Origin: Longimicrobiales bacterium
GTDB lineage: Bacteria > Gemmatimonadota > Gemmatimonadetes > Longimicrobiales > Gaopeijiaceae
Direction: 5' to 3'
DNA: 64,000 nucleotides
Assembly (NCBI GenBank): GCA_965249725.1
Contig: CBDFMQ010000002.1
Span: forward strand, 1,312,001 to 1,376,000
Shown here one piece after another: positions 44,479 through 54,135 of this stretch. Every line of letters starts with the position of its first letter. The stretch's first letter is position 1. The notes beneath the pieces were generated by a model. That model saw only the letters and a program-made list of their open reading frames with translations, did not search any database and had not been told where the DNA came from. Both the position numbers and the translations under genes were made by a program.

Positions 44479-44693
44479 GCGGGGCAAAGCAACGAGCCGG
44501 TGCCGTGCGGAGCGAGGTCATGGTTCTCCCCTGATCGAAATGGGCATCTAAGGTTCCGCGGTCCCGCGAGCCATCGAGCCGGAGTCCCACGGCGGATCTG
44601 GACCTAGACGAGGCACGCCTATCCGGCGTCACATCGACTTTGTTGTCCTTCCGCCGCATGGAACTGTTCGGCACGTGAGACGATAGAGATCCC

Positions 44694-45659
44694 ATGACAT
44701 CCCTCAAGGCTCTCACCCTGCTTGTGGCCACGACAGTCGGCTGCTCGGCCGGCGACACTAGCCCGGGGATCGCGGAGCCGGTCACTCCACTTGGCTCCCT
44801 GAACGGACGTATCATCACGTCCGAGCTCCTCAGTGGATCCTGCGAGACTACGTCCCGGATCATCAGCTACGCCCCGGACGGAACCGATCCGCTGGTCCTG
44901 GTGGCCTCGGGTTCGAACGTCATGCCGGCCGCCGCTCCGGACGGTTCGACGATCCTCTACAGCTCATGCGTCGGAGCCGCCAGGGAGATCTTCGCCATGG
45001 ACAGCGACGGTGCGAATCGGCGCCAGCTCAGCTTCGACAGCGAGGGGGGTGGCAACTTCACACCCATCTACTCACCCGATCAGCAGCGAATCGCGTTCAC
45101 CGCCGCGCGGGGCGGTGCCAGCCCGGAGGTGTGGGTCATGAATGCCGACGGCACCGGGGCCATGAGACTGACCGAAACACCGGCGGCGCTCCCGGGCCAG
45201 CAATTCGTCTGGAGCCTGCATCCCACGTGGTCGGCCGACGGCCTGAGGATCGCCTACGCCTCGACCGCCAGCGGCAGCACACAGATCTGGATGATGAACA
45301 GCGACGGCACGGACCAGCGACAACTCACCTCCGGGCTGGGACCGGACTATCCCGATGCGAACGTCCCCCACTGGTCCCTGGACGGATCGAGGATCGCCTT
45401 CTGGTCGGGATTCGAAGGTCAGTACGGAGACGTTTGGACCATGGACCCGGATGGCTCGAACCCGATTCGCATCACGGACTCACCGGACCAAATCAACAAC
45501 GACGATCCTCACTGGTCGCCGGACGGCACCAAGGTCGTCTTCGGCCGCGGAGGACCTGGTCGGCCGCGGTCCATGTGGGTTATCGACGTCGAGACGGGAG
45601 AGGAGTCGGAGATCATCACCGGGGTGCAGTGGGCCGATTGGCAACCGGCACACGAATGA
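44694..45659 (+). CDS. TolB-like PD40-repeat beta-propeller lipoprotein
   Basis: Lipobox-like TVGC; repeated P.WSPDG..I.F and MxxDG...R.LT motifs. Confidence 0.88.
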   Translation: MTSLKALTLLVATTVGCSAGDTSPGIAEPVTPLGSLNGRIITSELLSGSCETTSRIISYAPDGTDPLVLVASGSNVMPAAAPDGSTILYSSCVGAAREIFAMDSDGANRRQLSFDSEGGGNFTPIYSPDQQRIAFTAARGGASPEVWVMNADGTGAMRLTETPAALPGQQFVWSLHPTWSADGLRIAYASTASGSTQIWMMNSDGTDQRQLTSGLGPDYPDANVPHWSLDGSRIAFWSGFEGQYGDVWTMDPDGSNPIRITDSPDQINNDDPHWSPDGTKVVFGRGGPGRPRSMWVIDVETGEESEIITGVQWADWQPAHE

Positions 45660-45823
45660 CCCCCCGCGGGTCTTCTCGACTGGCCCCCCCCGCCATACCG
45701 CTATCGCGTGAACACCTGGGTTGTAGCAGGCCGGGTCTCTATCATCGCGACAAGCTCACCTCACACCTAAATTGAGTAGTAGCAGCTACATGACAGACGG
45801 CCACGACATGGGGAGGCCGAAAA

Positions 45824-46396
45824 ATGACGGTTGCCGATCCGATCGCGGTCGACTTCGAGTTCACACCCGAGGACTGGGCCAGAGCCAATGCCACGCACTC
45901 GTGGAACTCCGAGTTGACCAAGAAGGCGCTCACGCAGATGCAGGTGTTGTTCGGTGTGATCGTGTCGCTCATGGCCGTGTTGCTCCTGCTGGGCGGCACG
46001 GCCGTAGGTGCCGTTGCCATGTTGATCGCCGGCACTCTCTTGGTCGGTGTACTCAAGCCTCTGGTCCGTCACTCTCAGAAGCGCCAGATCAAGAAAGTCG
46101 CCGATGTCGGGCTCATCAACGGCATCTTCGGACCTCATCATGTCGAGCTGCGCGAAGAGGGCATCCTGGATTCGACGACCGGATACGACTGGCTCGTGAA
46201 GTGGAGTGCCATCGAGGACATCAAGGAGTCGGACGGGTCCTTCCTCATCTACTCGGGCGCCAACTCGTTCTTGACGATCCCCTCCTCGGCGTTCCCTGAC
46301 ACCGAGACGCTGCGAGCCTTCGGTGACCGCTTCTTCCAACGCCTCGGGCAGGTCGAGACCGCGCTACCGCCGGGCGACGAGGGATTCGAAGAGTAG
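45824..46396 (+). CDS. YcxB-family membrane protein
   Basis: Two TM helices followed by KWSAIEDIKE...FLIY...LTIPSSAF; GGAGG RBS. Confidence 0.8.
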   Translation: MTVADPIAVDFEFTPEDWARANATHSWNSELTKKALTQMQVLFGVIVSLMAVLLLLGGTAVGAVAMLIAGTLLVGVLKPLVRHSQKRQIKKVADVGLINGIFGPHHVELREEGILDSTTGYDWLVKWSAIEDIKESDGSFLIYSGANSFLTIPSSAFPDTETLRAFGDRFFQRLGQVETALPPGDEGFEE

Positions 46397-46457
46397 CGAA
46401 CAGCTCTTTCCTCGATCTGCGAGACCCAGGGTACGCCCCATTTATCCCATATTTGAA

Positions 46458-46489
46458 TTGCATCGCCCGTACTTTCGGTTTATATTCGG
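46458..46489 (+). promoter_or_regulatory. Promoter of ImuB-C/recX with TTCGG-N6-TTCGG direct repeat
   Basis: TTGCAT(46458)-N17-TATATT(46481); TTCGG at 46474 and 46485. Confidence 0.75.
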
Positions 46490-46516
46490 TTTCCGTACAT
46501 ACCGTAACACCGAGAC

Positions 46517-46828
46517 GTGATGAACCCTCCTATTCCATCGTCCAGCGGTGCCAATAACGGGCGACCGAGCAGACTTCGACGGCAGAAGCTGCGTCCGTTG
46601 AGGTCTCCCTCTCCCATCCAGGTCCGGATTGACGATGATGGGCTTCCCGCCGAGTTGCACCGACGCGGCAGGCGATTCCGAGTTGTGGCAGTGCGAGAGC
46701 GTTGGAGGATCGACGACGAGTGGTGGCGCACCCCCATCTCCAGGGAATACTTCGCTCTCGTTCTGGAAGACGGACGGCCTATCATCCTCTTCCGAGACCT
46801 CGTGGCCGGGGGATGGTACGGACAGTGA
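46517..46828 (+). CDS. Stand-alone ImuB C-terminal-like domain (DUF6504-like)
   Basis: LRPLRSPSPIQV..DGLP...ERWRIDDEWWR...REYF...LFRDL..GWY resembles the ImuB C-terminal region. Confidence 0.75.
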   Translation: MMNPPIPSSSGANNGRPSRLRRQKLRPLRSPSPIQVRIDDDGLPAELHRRGRRFRVVAVRERWRIDDEWWRTPISREYFALVLEDGRPIILFRDLVAGGWYGQ

Positions 46829-46838
46829 CGATTCTACA

Positions 46839-47537
46839 GTGAAGATCCTCCGAATCCACCTCGCCCCGAAGAAGAGAGATCGGGTTCTGGTGCACATCGA
46901 GGGGCGGGAGCCACTCGAGATCGCCCTGGACGTCATGGATCGATCGGGAATTCATGTGGGCACCGAACTGGAGCCCGCGGATCTCGCTCGACTGCAGGAG
47001 GACGACGCCAAATGGCGCGTTCGCCAGGCCGCGCTTCATCTCCTCTCGTATCAGCCACGCGCCGAGCAGGAGCTTCGCACGCGGCTCCGAGCCAAGGACC
47101 ATCCCCCTGCCCTGGTCGAGTGGTGTATCCACCTCTTGCGAGAGCAGGGGTTCCTGGACGATGCGGCCTTTGCGGCCGCCTTCGCCCGCAGCCGCATCCG
47201 ACTTCGTCCGCGGGGACGCTTCCGTCTGATGCAGGAGCTCAGACAAAAGGGAGTCCCGGGCGAGGTTGCCGACAAGGCCATCGAAAACGCGTTCTGCGAC
47301 GAAGAGACTTCGGAGCAGAGGCTCGCCTCAGAGGCGGCACAGAAGTGGATCGAGCGTCAGAGTCGAACGGTGGCCGAGGCGCTCGCGGCGAACGATCGCT
47401 CCCCGGAGCGGGAACGTGGACGACGCCGTCTACACGCCTTCTTGAGTCGGCGCGGCTTCGCATCCGACGCCATCAACTCGGCTCTGACGGCAGCCTTTGA
47501 GCGAGCCGCCGATCTGTGCGTTCCCGAGGCGAGCTAG
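46839..47537 (+). CDS. recX: Regulatory protein RecX
   Basis: ALHLLSYQPRAEQELRTRL, GFLDDAAFA, ELRQKGV and FLSRRGF; in-frame GTG at 46839. Confidence 0.9.
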   Translation: MKILRIHLAPKKRDRVLVHIEGREPLEIALDVMDRSGIHVGTELEPADLARLQEDDAKWRVRQAALHLLSYQPRAEQELRTRLRAKDHPPALVEWCIHLLREQGFLDDAAFAAAFARSRIRLRPRGRFRLMQELRQKGVPGEVADKAIENAFCDEETSEQRLASEAAQKWIERQSRTVAEALAANDRSPERERGRRRLHAFLSRRGFASDAINSALTAAFERAADLCVPEAS

Positions 47538-47563
47538 CCCGGCCCGCCTCCGAAAGAGGCGGA

Positions 47564-50500
47564 CTAGCCCGCCCGAGCCTCGGAGTCTTCGTCCCGCATC
47601 TCCTGGAGCGCGTCTCGGATGCCCTGCGTCAGATCCCTCTCCTGGCGCAACTGGACCAGTAGCCGCTCGGCCTCCTTGGCCTCGTATGTGAGCTGCCCGG
47701 ACGTCGAAATGACCTGGTCCACGACGGCCTTCTGACTGCGCAGCGACTCGAGCCCCGCCCGAATGTCCATGAGCAGACCGTCGGCGCGAGCCAGACGCCC
47801 CTCGGCAGCCTCGACCTGCTCTTGGCGCCGATCGATCGTATCCAGCACTTCGGTCATCTCTTCGGCCTTGGCACGGAGCACTACGAGGTTCTCGCTGGCG
47901 GTCTGTACCTCGTCGGTGGCCGCCGAGATGGCCCGCACGTCCTTCAGCGTGTTCTCGGCACGGGCGAAGAGGTCCTGAACCTCGTCGCGCACCTGATCGA
48001 TGCTCCCCTGTCTCGCGATCAGCGTCTCGACCGAACGGCCGAGCTCCGCGAGCTTCTCTTCGAACTGCGTGATGCGCTTCTCAGCGAACTGCAGGCTTCC
48101 GGCGCGCGCTTCAAGGAGTTCAGCGCGGTTTCCTACCTTGGCGGACTGCTCCTCCGCCTGCGCCAGGTGTTCGCTGACCGAGCGCAGCTGGTCCTCGAGT
48201 GATTGAACGACGTCGCCCGCCTCCTGCCGCAAGCTGGCTACCCGATCGAGGTGCTCCATCGCCTTGTCGAGAGCCTGCTGACGCTGTCCAATATCGGCCG
48301 CCACGCGGTCGACCCGTTCGGACAGCGACTTGATGTACTCGGCTCGCTCCACCGACGCATCGACGCCCTCTCCCAACTCCTCCATACGGTTCTCCGCCTT
48401 CCGAACGGAGGCCGTGACCTCTTCGATCACACTTCGCACCTCGTCCGCCGCGTTGGCCTGCACCGCCACCGCCTCGAAACGGCGGTCGGCGTCGGACAGG
48501 CTCGCGAGCAGGTTGCTCGTCCGCTCGTCGAGTTGGGCGCCGATCTCCCTCAACTCCGACATGCGATTGTCGAGCTCGGTCAGCGTCGGTTCGCGTTGCT
48601 CCAACTGATAGGCGGCCGCGATGACGCGATCGGCGTTCTTCCGCATGTGGTCGACGTTTGCCGTGAGGTCGTCCAGCTGTGCCATCCTCTGGCGGAGTTC
48701 GCCGATGGACTCCTGCGCCGTGGCCAGCCACGCACCGGTTTCCATCTGACCCGCCTGCATGCGCTCGATCTCGGCTCGGGTGGCACGGAGACGCTCGAGG
48801 GCGTTCACGACCTCCTCGTGAGAGCCTCGGAGAGTCGTGAGATCCCGGACGGCATCCTGCACTTCGGCTTCACGCGCTTCGATGCGCTCGAGCCGGCTGG
48901 CCACCTCGATCGCCGACGCTTCCGCTCTCGTCATCCCTTCCCTCATACCGGCGACCAACTCGACCTGTTCGCTGAGTTGATCGAGGTGAGAAGACAGCGA
49001 CGTCAGGCGTCCGGCCAGGTGATCGCCCCTACGCGTGGCCTCACTGACACGCTGGCTCGCTTCATCGAGCGCACGGAAGCGACCCTCGAATTCGGTCACG
49101 CCGCCACGCAGATCGGTGATCCGGTGGTCGATGGCCGCGAGGTTGGCCTGTCCGAGCTCGTAGCTCTGCGTGCTGGTACGCACCTCCTCCTGCAGGCTGA
49201 CCAACGACGCTCGGAGCTCCTTGTCCTCCGCTCGAATCCTGGTCTGTCCGGCCCGAAGCTCCTCCGACTGTTCGGCCACCTTCGAGTGCAGCTTCCGCAG
49301 TGATGCAACGCTGGCGTTGACCTTCTTCACCTCTTTGACCTGCCCCTTCGCCTCCTTGAGCTTCGACTCCAGCTCCCAGTGGAGGTCGGTGAGGGCGCGA
49401 GCCTGTGCCTCCGTCCGATCGATGGCCTCACGCTGGCGTTCCAAGGCGGCGGTCTTCTGGCTCACGTGGTCCGAGAGACCCCGCAGCGCATTGAGTTGGC
49501 GCTCCGTGCGACTCGCCAACTCCTCCGCTTTGGTGAGGTCCTGCATGGTGTTCTCGACACTGGCCACCCGGTTGCTGGCGTGTTCCACACCCTTGTCCAG
49601 AGCATCCATCTTGGACTGGAGCTCGGCGTACCGAGACAGGAGAGCCTCTTGGGTACTGCGCGCGTCGGACTGGTCTTCCTTGATGCGGGCGACGTCTTCG
49701 CTGTAGTCCAGAGACTTGGCCCTCGCCTCCTCGACTTGTGCGCGGAGCTTGGAGAGGGCACCCGATGGCCCGGCGATATCGGCGATCTCCTGGCGGGCCA
49801 CCGCCACCGACTCGACACCCTTGTTGAGGTCGGCCACCCGCGCATCCAGATCTTTGACCTCTCCCGAGGCCGACTGTATCGCGTTCAGCGCGGTCTGCTG
49901 ATTGGCGGCGACGGAGTCGGTCTTCCTGCTGATCTCCTCCACCCGCCCTTCGAGCTGACCGAGATCGAGCGTACGACCCTCGATGCGGGCGAGCTCCTCT
50001 TTCAGTTTTCCGAACTCCTTCTGCACGATGGAGAGGCCCCCATTCGGCCCCAGGAGTTCCGACATGACCGCGCGGGCATCGGACACCTTCTCCACCTCCA
50101 CCTGCAATTCGGTTACCTGACCCTCGAGCCGATTGGCCGAATTCGTGCCTCTCGTCACGGTGTCGGCGAGCTCCTTCTGAGAAGCTCCGATCTCCGCGAT
50201 CTGGCCCTCTACCAGATCCAACTGCGCGGAGGTCTCCTTTAGAGCAGATCCACGATCCTGCATCTGCTGCAGCTCCTCGCGGAGCACGTTCACCCGCTTG
50301 AGCAGTGTGGCGACGGTGCCGTACGGCCCGGCCATCTCCGTGAGGTCGTCGCGCGCCGTGACGATCTCGTCCACCATGGAGCGGATGTCTCGGACCTGCA
50401 TCTTCAGATCGCTGACCCTCTTCGAGGCATCGTCCAAGGTGGTCGCCGACTTGCTCTGGGACTCGATAAGCTCCTTGGCCCGTCTCTCGACGGAGTCGAC

Positions 50501-50773
50501 CTGCTCCGACACGTCCGTGAACGAGTCGACACGCGCCTGGAGTTCCTTCACCCGCTGGGACATGGATTCCGCGCTCGCCTGGACAGCCGCCAACGGCCCG
50601 GACACGTCTTGGAGCGCCTGCTGTGCCTTCTCCGAACGCCTGAGCAGGTCCCTCAGCGCTTTCCGGTCTCTCTTGGCCTGCGCGAATATCTTCTGGAGAT
50701 CTTCGGGAAGCTCGGTGAGTTGGTTGACCTCTTCGCTTCCGCCGAAGAGCGACTTGATCCAGGACGCCATCAT
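47564..50773 (-). CDS. Large coiled-coil protein (1069 aa), no ATPase motif
   Basis: Heptad-rich E/Q/L/A/R sequence throughout; no Walker A motif and no TM segment. Confidence 0.85.
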   Translation of the reverse strand: MMASWIKSLFGGSEEVNQLTELPEDLQKIFAQAKRDRKALRDLLRRSEKAQQALQDVSGPLAAVQASAESMSQRVKELQARVDSFTDVSEQVDSVERRAKELIESQSKSATTLDDASKRVSDLKMQVRDIRSMVDEIVTARDDLTEMAGPYGTVATLLKRVNVLREELQQMQDRGSALKETSAQLDLVEGQIAEIGASQKELADTVTRGTNSANRLEGQVTELQVEVEKVSDARAVMSELLGPNGGLSIVQKEFGKLKEELARIEGRTLDLGQLEGRVEEISRKTDSVAANQQTALNAIQSASGEVKDLDARVADLNKGVESVAVARQEIADIAGPSGALSKLRAQVEEARAKSLDYSEDVARIKEDQSDARSTQEALLSRYAELQSKMDALDKGVEHASNRVASVENTMQDLTKAEELASRTERQLNALRGLSDHVSQKTAALERQREAIDRTEAQARALTDLHWELESKLKEAKGQVKEVKKVNASVASLRKLHSKVAEQSEELRAGQTRIRAEDKELRASLVSLQEEVRTSTQSYELGQANLAAIDHRITDLRGGVTEFEGRFRALDEASQRVSEATRRGDHLAGRLTSLSSHLDQLSEQVELVAGMREGMTRAEASAIEVASRLERIEAREAEVQDAVRDLTTLRGSHEEVVNALERLRATRAEIERMQAGQMETGAWLATAQESIGELRQRMAQLDDLTANVDHMRKNADRVIAAAYQLEQREPTLTELDNRMSELREIGAQLDERTSNLLASLSDADRRFEAVAVQANAADEVRSVIEEVTASVRKAENRMEELGEGVDASVERAEYIKSLSERVDRVAADIGQRQQALDKAMEHLDRVASLRQEAGDVVQSLEDQLRSVSEHLAQAEEQSAKVGNRAELLEARAGSLQFAEKRITQFEEKLAELGRSVETLIARQGSIDQVRDEVQDLFARAENTLKDVRAISAATDEVQTASENLVVLRAKAEEMTEVLDTIDRRQEQVEAAEGRLARADGLLMDIRAGLESLRSQKAVVDQVISTSGQLTYEAKEAERLLVQLRQERDLTQGIRDALQEMRDEDSEARAG

Positions 50774-50915
50774 TCCTCTCGATCGGGGTTCGTCGGGCTT
50801 CAGCGGGAATGTGTCACGGCTACTCGGAAAATACCATGCACCCTCCCCAATCGGCCAACCCGCCGCGGAAGGACGCGGTTGCGAGAGGCATCAGGCGCGG
50901 GCCACTCTTGACGCC

Positions 50916-51263
50916 ATGTCTCAAGCACTCACGGTGGAACAGGTCGAGGACCTACGTCAGGACCTCGAGCGAGAACTGCGCCGACTCCAGCGAAGCATCG
51001 GAGCGAGCGATCGCGCCAGCGAGGTCGTCGAGCTGGATCAGACGGCGGTAGGAAGGCTCTCGCGCATGGACTCCCTGCAGAACCAGAGCATGGCCAAGAG
51101 CCTGCGAGAACGGGAGGACGTGAAGCTCGCTTTGATCCTCGAGGCCCTGCAGCGAGTAGAGCAAGGCCGGTATGGACTCTGCACCGTGTGTGGGAATCCG
51201 ATCGAGATCGGGCGGCTCACCGTCTTTCCCGAGTCGCGGGAGTGCGCGGGATGCGGGGGGTGA
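50916..51263 (+). CDS. TraR/DksA family C4 zinc-finger protein
   Basis: VGRLSRMDSLQ and YGLCTVCGNPIEIGRL..FPE...CAGC; ATG 50916. Confidence 0.88.
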   Translation: MSQALTVEQVEDLRQDLERELRRLQRSIGASDRASEVVELDQTAVGRLSRMDSLQNQSMAKSLREREDVKLALILEALQRVEQGRYGLCTVCGNPIEIGRLTVFPESRECAGCGG

Positions 51264-51363
51264 TCGTCAAGGAACGCACCCTTTTCGGGTCAGGTCGGTA
51301 GTAGGGCTGGGCATTCCTCTGACGACACGGGCGTGAGGCTGGCGGGGACTAGGAGGGGAGACA

Positions 51364-51960
51364 GTGGAAGCACTCGTATACGACTTCGGCACCTGGCTCG
51401 AATCGATCGGCGCATGGGCGTACATCCTGGCTCCCCTCGCGATGGCCTGCGTCGCGATCCTACCCATCCCCGCCGAGTTCCCAGCGGTCCTCAACGGCAT
51501 GATGTTCGGGCCCGTGCTCGGGACCATCTTCACCTGGGGTGGGGCCCTGGCCGGCGCCCAGATCAGCTTCGAGTTGGCCCGCAGGCTCGGGCGCCCGCTC
51601 GCTGAACGCTTCGTTCCGGAGCGGTCCCTGGAGAAGGCGGATCGAATCGTCCTCAAGGCGGATTGGTGGGGTCTTCTCGTTCCCCGTTTCATACCGGTGA
51701 TCGCCTTTACCGCCCTCAACTGGGGCGCGGGCCTCACTCCGGTACCCCGCCGCCGGTTCTTCTGGACGACGGCGGTCGGCATCTTCCCCGGCGCACTCGT
51801 GTTCACGGCGTCGGGTGCCGGCCTCCCATTCCTCCTCGAGCGCTTTCCCGGCGCGACCTGGGTGGTCGCGGGGTTGCTCACGGCCTACGGGGGTCTGTGT
51901 CTCTATCGGAGTAAGGCGCCTGACCAAGCGACGCCAGAGGTCGGGCCGACGGCCGCATAG
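51364..51960 (+). CDS. TVP38/TMEM64 (DedA/VTT) family membrane protein
   Basis: GMMFGPVLG..FTWGGA..GA, RFIPVIAF..LNWGAGL and TAVGIFP motifs. Confidence 0.88.
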   Translation: MEALVYDFGTWLESIGAWAYILAPLAMACVAILPIPAEFPAVLNGMMFGPVLGTIFTWGGALAGAQISFELARRLGRPLAERFVPERSLEKADRIVLKADWWGLLVPRFIPVIAFTALNWGAGLTPVPRRRFFWTTAVGIFPGALVFTASGAGLPFLLERFPGATWVVAGLLTAYGGLCLYRSKAPDQATPEVGPTAA

Positions 51961-52001
51961 TCGACGGGGGACGGAGGGGGATCAGGCGACCCAGGGACCC
52001 C

Positions 52002-52829
52002 CTAGGTGTCTCCGATGACCGAAGACCACCCCCTCGCGTAGAGATCCGCCGGGCGCGTCAGATACCCGGGGTACTCCGCGACCGCTGCCACCGCCCGGCG
52101 TGACTCCAGCTCTACGACAGCCACCGGATCGGTCCCCTCGTACAGCACGTCACCGTCGGGAGCGACCGCCAGTGACGGGCCTCCGATGTCGACATCGAAC
52201 TCGGGGCGCGGTCGGTTCACGGAAAGCAGATAGGCATCCGCCATCACCGCGTTGGCCCGTAGCACCAGCCGCCATCGCCTGTACGTCGCGCTGGGTGTGG
52301 CGCGGGGTACCAGGATTACCTCGGCCCCCTGGCTGCGGAGCAGTTGCGCTCCCTGGGGTCGATTGATATCGGAGCAAATCTGTACGCCTACAGTGATGCC
52401 CGGCCCCGTCATCACCTGCGGCGGCTCTCCACCGGGCACGTAGTGCGACGTCTCCCAGTAGCCTTCCTCCTCGGGCAGATGGACCTTCCTGTATCTGCCC
52501 GACTCCTGACCACGGGCATCGTACAGCACGGCCGTGTTGTGCCTAAGGCCGGTGTCCGGGTCCTTCACGATGACGCCGCCCAAGAGGGAGATGCCCGCTT
52601 CGGCCGCGGACTCGGCGAGTGCGCGCTGGCGGGCTCCGTCCGGCGCTTCGGCATCTTCGTCCTTGGACTCTCGCGTGGCAGGCGACCACGGATTCAGAGG
52701 GAGTTCGGGGAGGATGGCCAGCGTGGCATCGAGTGCCCGCGCCTCGCCCAGAAGGCCCGTCAGCCGCGACGCGTCCGGGTCCTCATGGAACACCTCGGTA
52801 ATGAGCGCCACGCGCACACGATCGTCCAT
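52002..52829 (-). CDS. Carbon-nitrogen hydrolase (nitrilase superfamily)
   Basis: Catalytic triad motifs LPEL, YRKVHLP and QICSD. Confidence 0.92.
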   Translation of the reverse strand: MDDRVRVALITEVFHEDPDASRLTGLLGEARALDATLAILPELPLNPWSPATRESKDEDAEAPDGARQRALAESAAEAGISLLGGVIVKDPDTGLRHNTAVLYDARGQESGRYRKVHLPEEEGYWETSHYVPGGEPPQVMTGPGITVGVQICSDINRPQGAQLLRSQGAEVILVPRATPSATYRRWRLVLRANAVMADAYLLSVNRPRPEFDVDIGGPSLAVAPDGDVLYEGTDPVAVVELESRRAVAAVAEYPGYLTRPADLYARGWSSVIGDT

Positions 52830-52884
52830 CGATTCCCCGCTGAGTTTCAGGCCCGCGCCCTGCCAGCATCAGAACCTGTGGGCA

Positions 52885-54129
52885 TCAGAAGAAGTGGGTC
52901 AACGAAAGGTAGAGTATGGTCGGAGTCAGGCCGAACTCGGACCCGATCATGGCCGGGGCCAGGGCGTCTTCTCCGAAGCCTAGGAACACACCCCCTCGCA
53001 GGCTCGAGTTGGAGCTGAACGCATAAGTCCCACCGCCCGAGAGAAGCACGCTGCCGTCCGAGAGGCTGGTCAGCGCCAAAAGATCCGCGCCCCACAGCGG
53101 ATGGATCCGGTAGGAAGCCTGAGTGGCGAAAGCATCACCCGACAGGAGCTGGAGTTCGCCCCTCAGGAACGCCGGGGAGAGGGCGGCCTGAAACAGCTCA
53201 TCCGCATCCGAGGCGCCATAACCGTCGTGCCGATACTCGACGATCCAGTAGAGATCCCGGTCGATCACGGAGAACAGACGATCGACCCCCACCGTGCCCC
53301 TCAGCACGGCGTCCCCTGAGTCGTCCCGCATGGAGACCTCGGTGCGCACGGCCCAGCTGCGTAACGCACCCACCGCGCTCACGGCCCCCGCGGCCTCGTC
53401 GAACAGGACACCTCCCCACGCGGCGACATCCCATCCGCGCCAGTTCGTCTTGCCACGCACGAGCGCCGTGACCTGATCTCCCGCAGCGGACGAGGTGGGC
53501 CGAACGACGATCTCCACCTCGCTGAAGGCTCCCGGATAGGTGCGCACCCGGACGGCGTCGATGCCGGCCCGGTACTCTCGAAACGGATCGGCCGGATCGA
53601 ACGGGGTGAACGGGTCGGCGGGCGTGAGAATGAGCGTGCTCGCCCACGATACCACCTGCCGTCCAACGGAGATCTCCGTCGACTCCCCGAGGGGCGAAGT
53701 CAGCGCCAGCCGATCCAGACGATGCCGCCAGGAGACGTGGTCACTCTCCTCGGCGGTCCAGTCGAGTTCCAGCCAGTTGACCTCGGCGGCCGGCACCAGG
53801 GCCACCACCCCCGTGCCCATCAGCACCTCGGAGCTGACCTGAAGCGTGTGCTCGTACGCCACGTCCACGGCCAATGGCCCGAGCGAGGGTTGCCACATGA
53901 GACGAAGACGCTGGAAGTCGGCCACTCCTGACTCGCTAACGGGGCTCTGCCCCGAGTGGCTGCCGAGGTTGAGATAGTACGCGGACAGATCGCCGACCTG
54001 CGCCCCAACGTCGCTCGATGCGGCCGTGAGAGAGGCGACCGATACGATGAATGCCCTGGCGACGCGTGTTCTGACGACGCGTGCCCTCCGGCTGCCGACG
54101 CCTTTCACGCGACCCCCATCGTGCTGCAC
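52885..54129 (-). CDS. Putative outer membrane beta-barrel protein of the ABC cassette
   Basis: Signal peptide, RLDRL...VGRQVVSW...D.F.PF and GIDAVR motifs, C-terminal LTHFF; start uncertain. Confidence 0.7.
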   Translation of the reverse strand: MQHDGGRVKGVGSRRARVVRTRVARAFIVSVASLTAASSDVGAQVGDLSAYYLNLGSHSGQSPVSESGVADFQRLRLMWQPSLGPLAVDVAYEHTLQVSSEVLMGTGVVALVPAAEVNWLELDWTAEESDHVSWRHRLDRLALTSPLGESTEISVGRQVVSWASTLILTPADPFTPFDPADPFREYRAGIDAVRVRTYPGAFSEVEIVVRPTSSAAGDQVTALVRGKTNWRGWDVAAWGGVLFDEAAGAVSAVGALRSWAVRTEVSMRDDSGDAVLRGTVGVDRLFSVIDRDLYWIVEYRHDGYGASDADELFQAALSPAFLRGELQLLSGDAFATQASYRIHPLWGADLLALTSLSDGSVLLSGGGTYAFSSNSSLRGGVFLGFGEDALAPAMIGSEFGLTPTILYLSLTHFF

Positions 54130-54135
54130 AGGCCG

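Noticed and set aside
44302..44607. 101-aa plus-strand ORF overlapping the imuB stop (candidate imu partner)
   Set aside because: Arg-rich and motif-free; it is the antisense shadow of the M28 peptidase relic.
47564..50773. SMC/Rad50 or Wadjet JetC assignment
   Set aside because: No Walker A/B or ABC signature motifs and no jet/scp neighbours.
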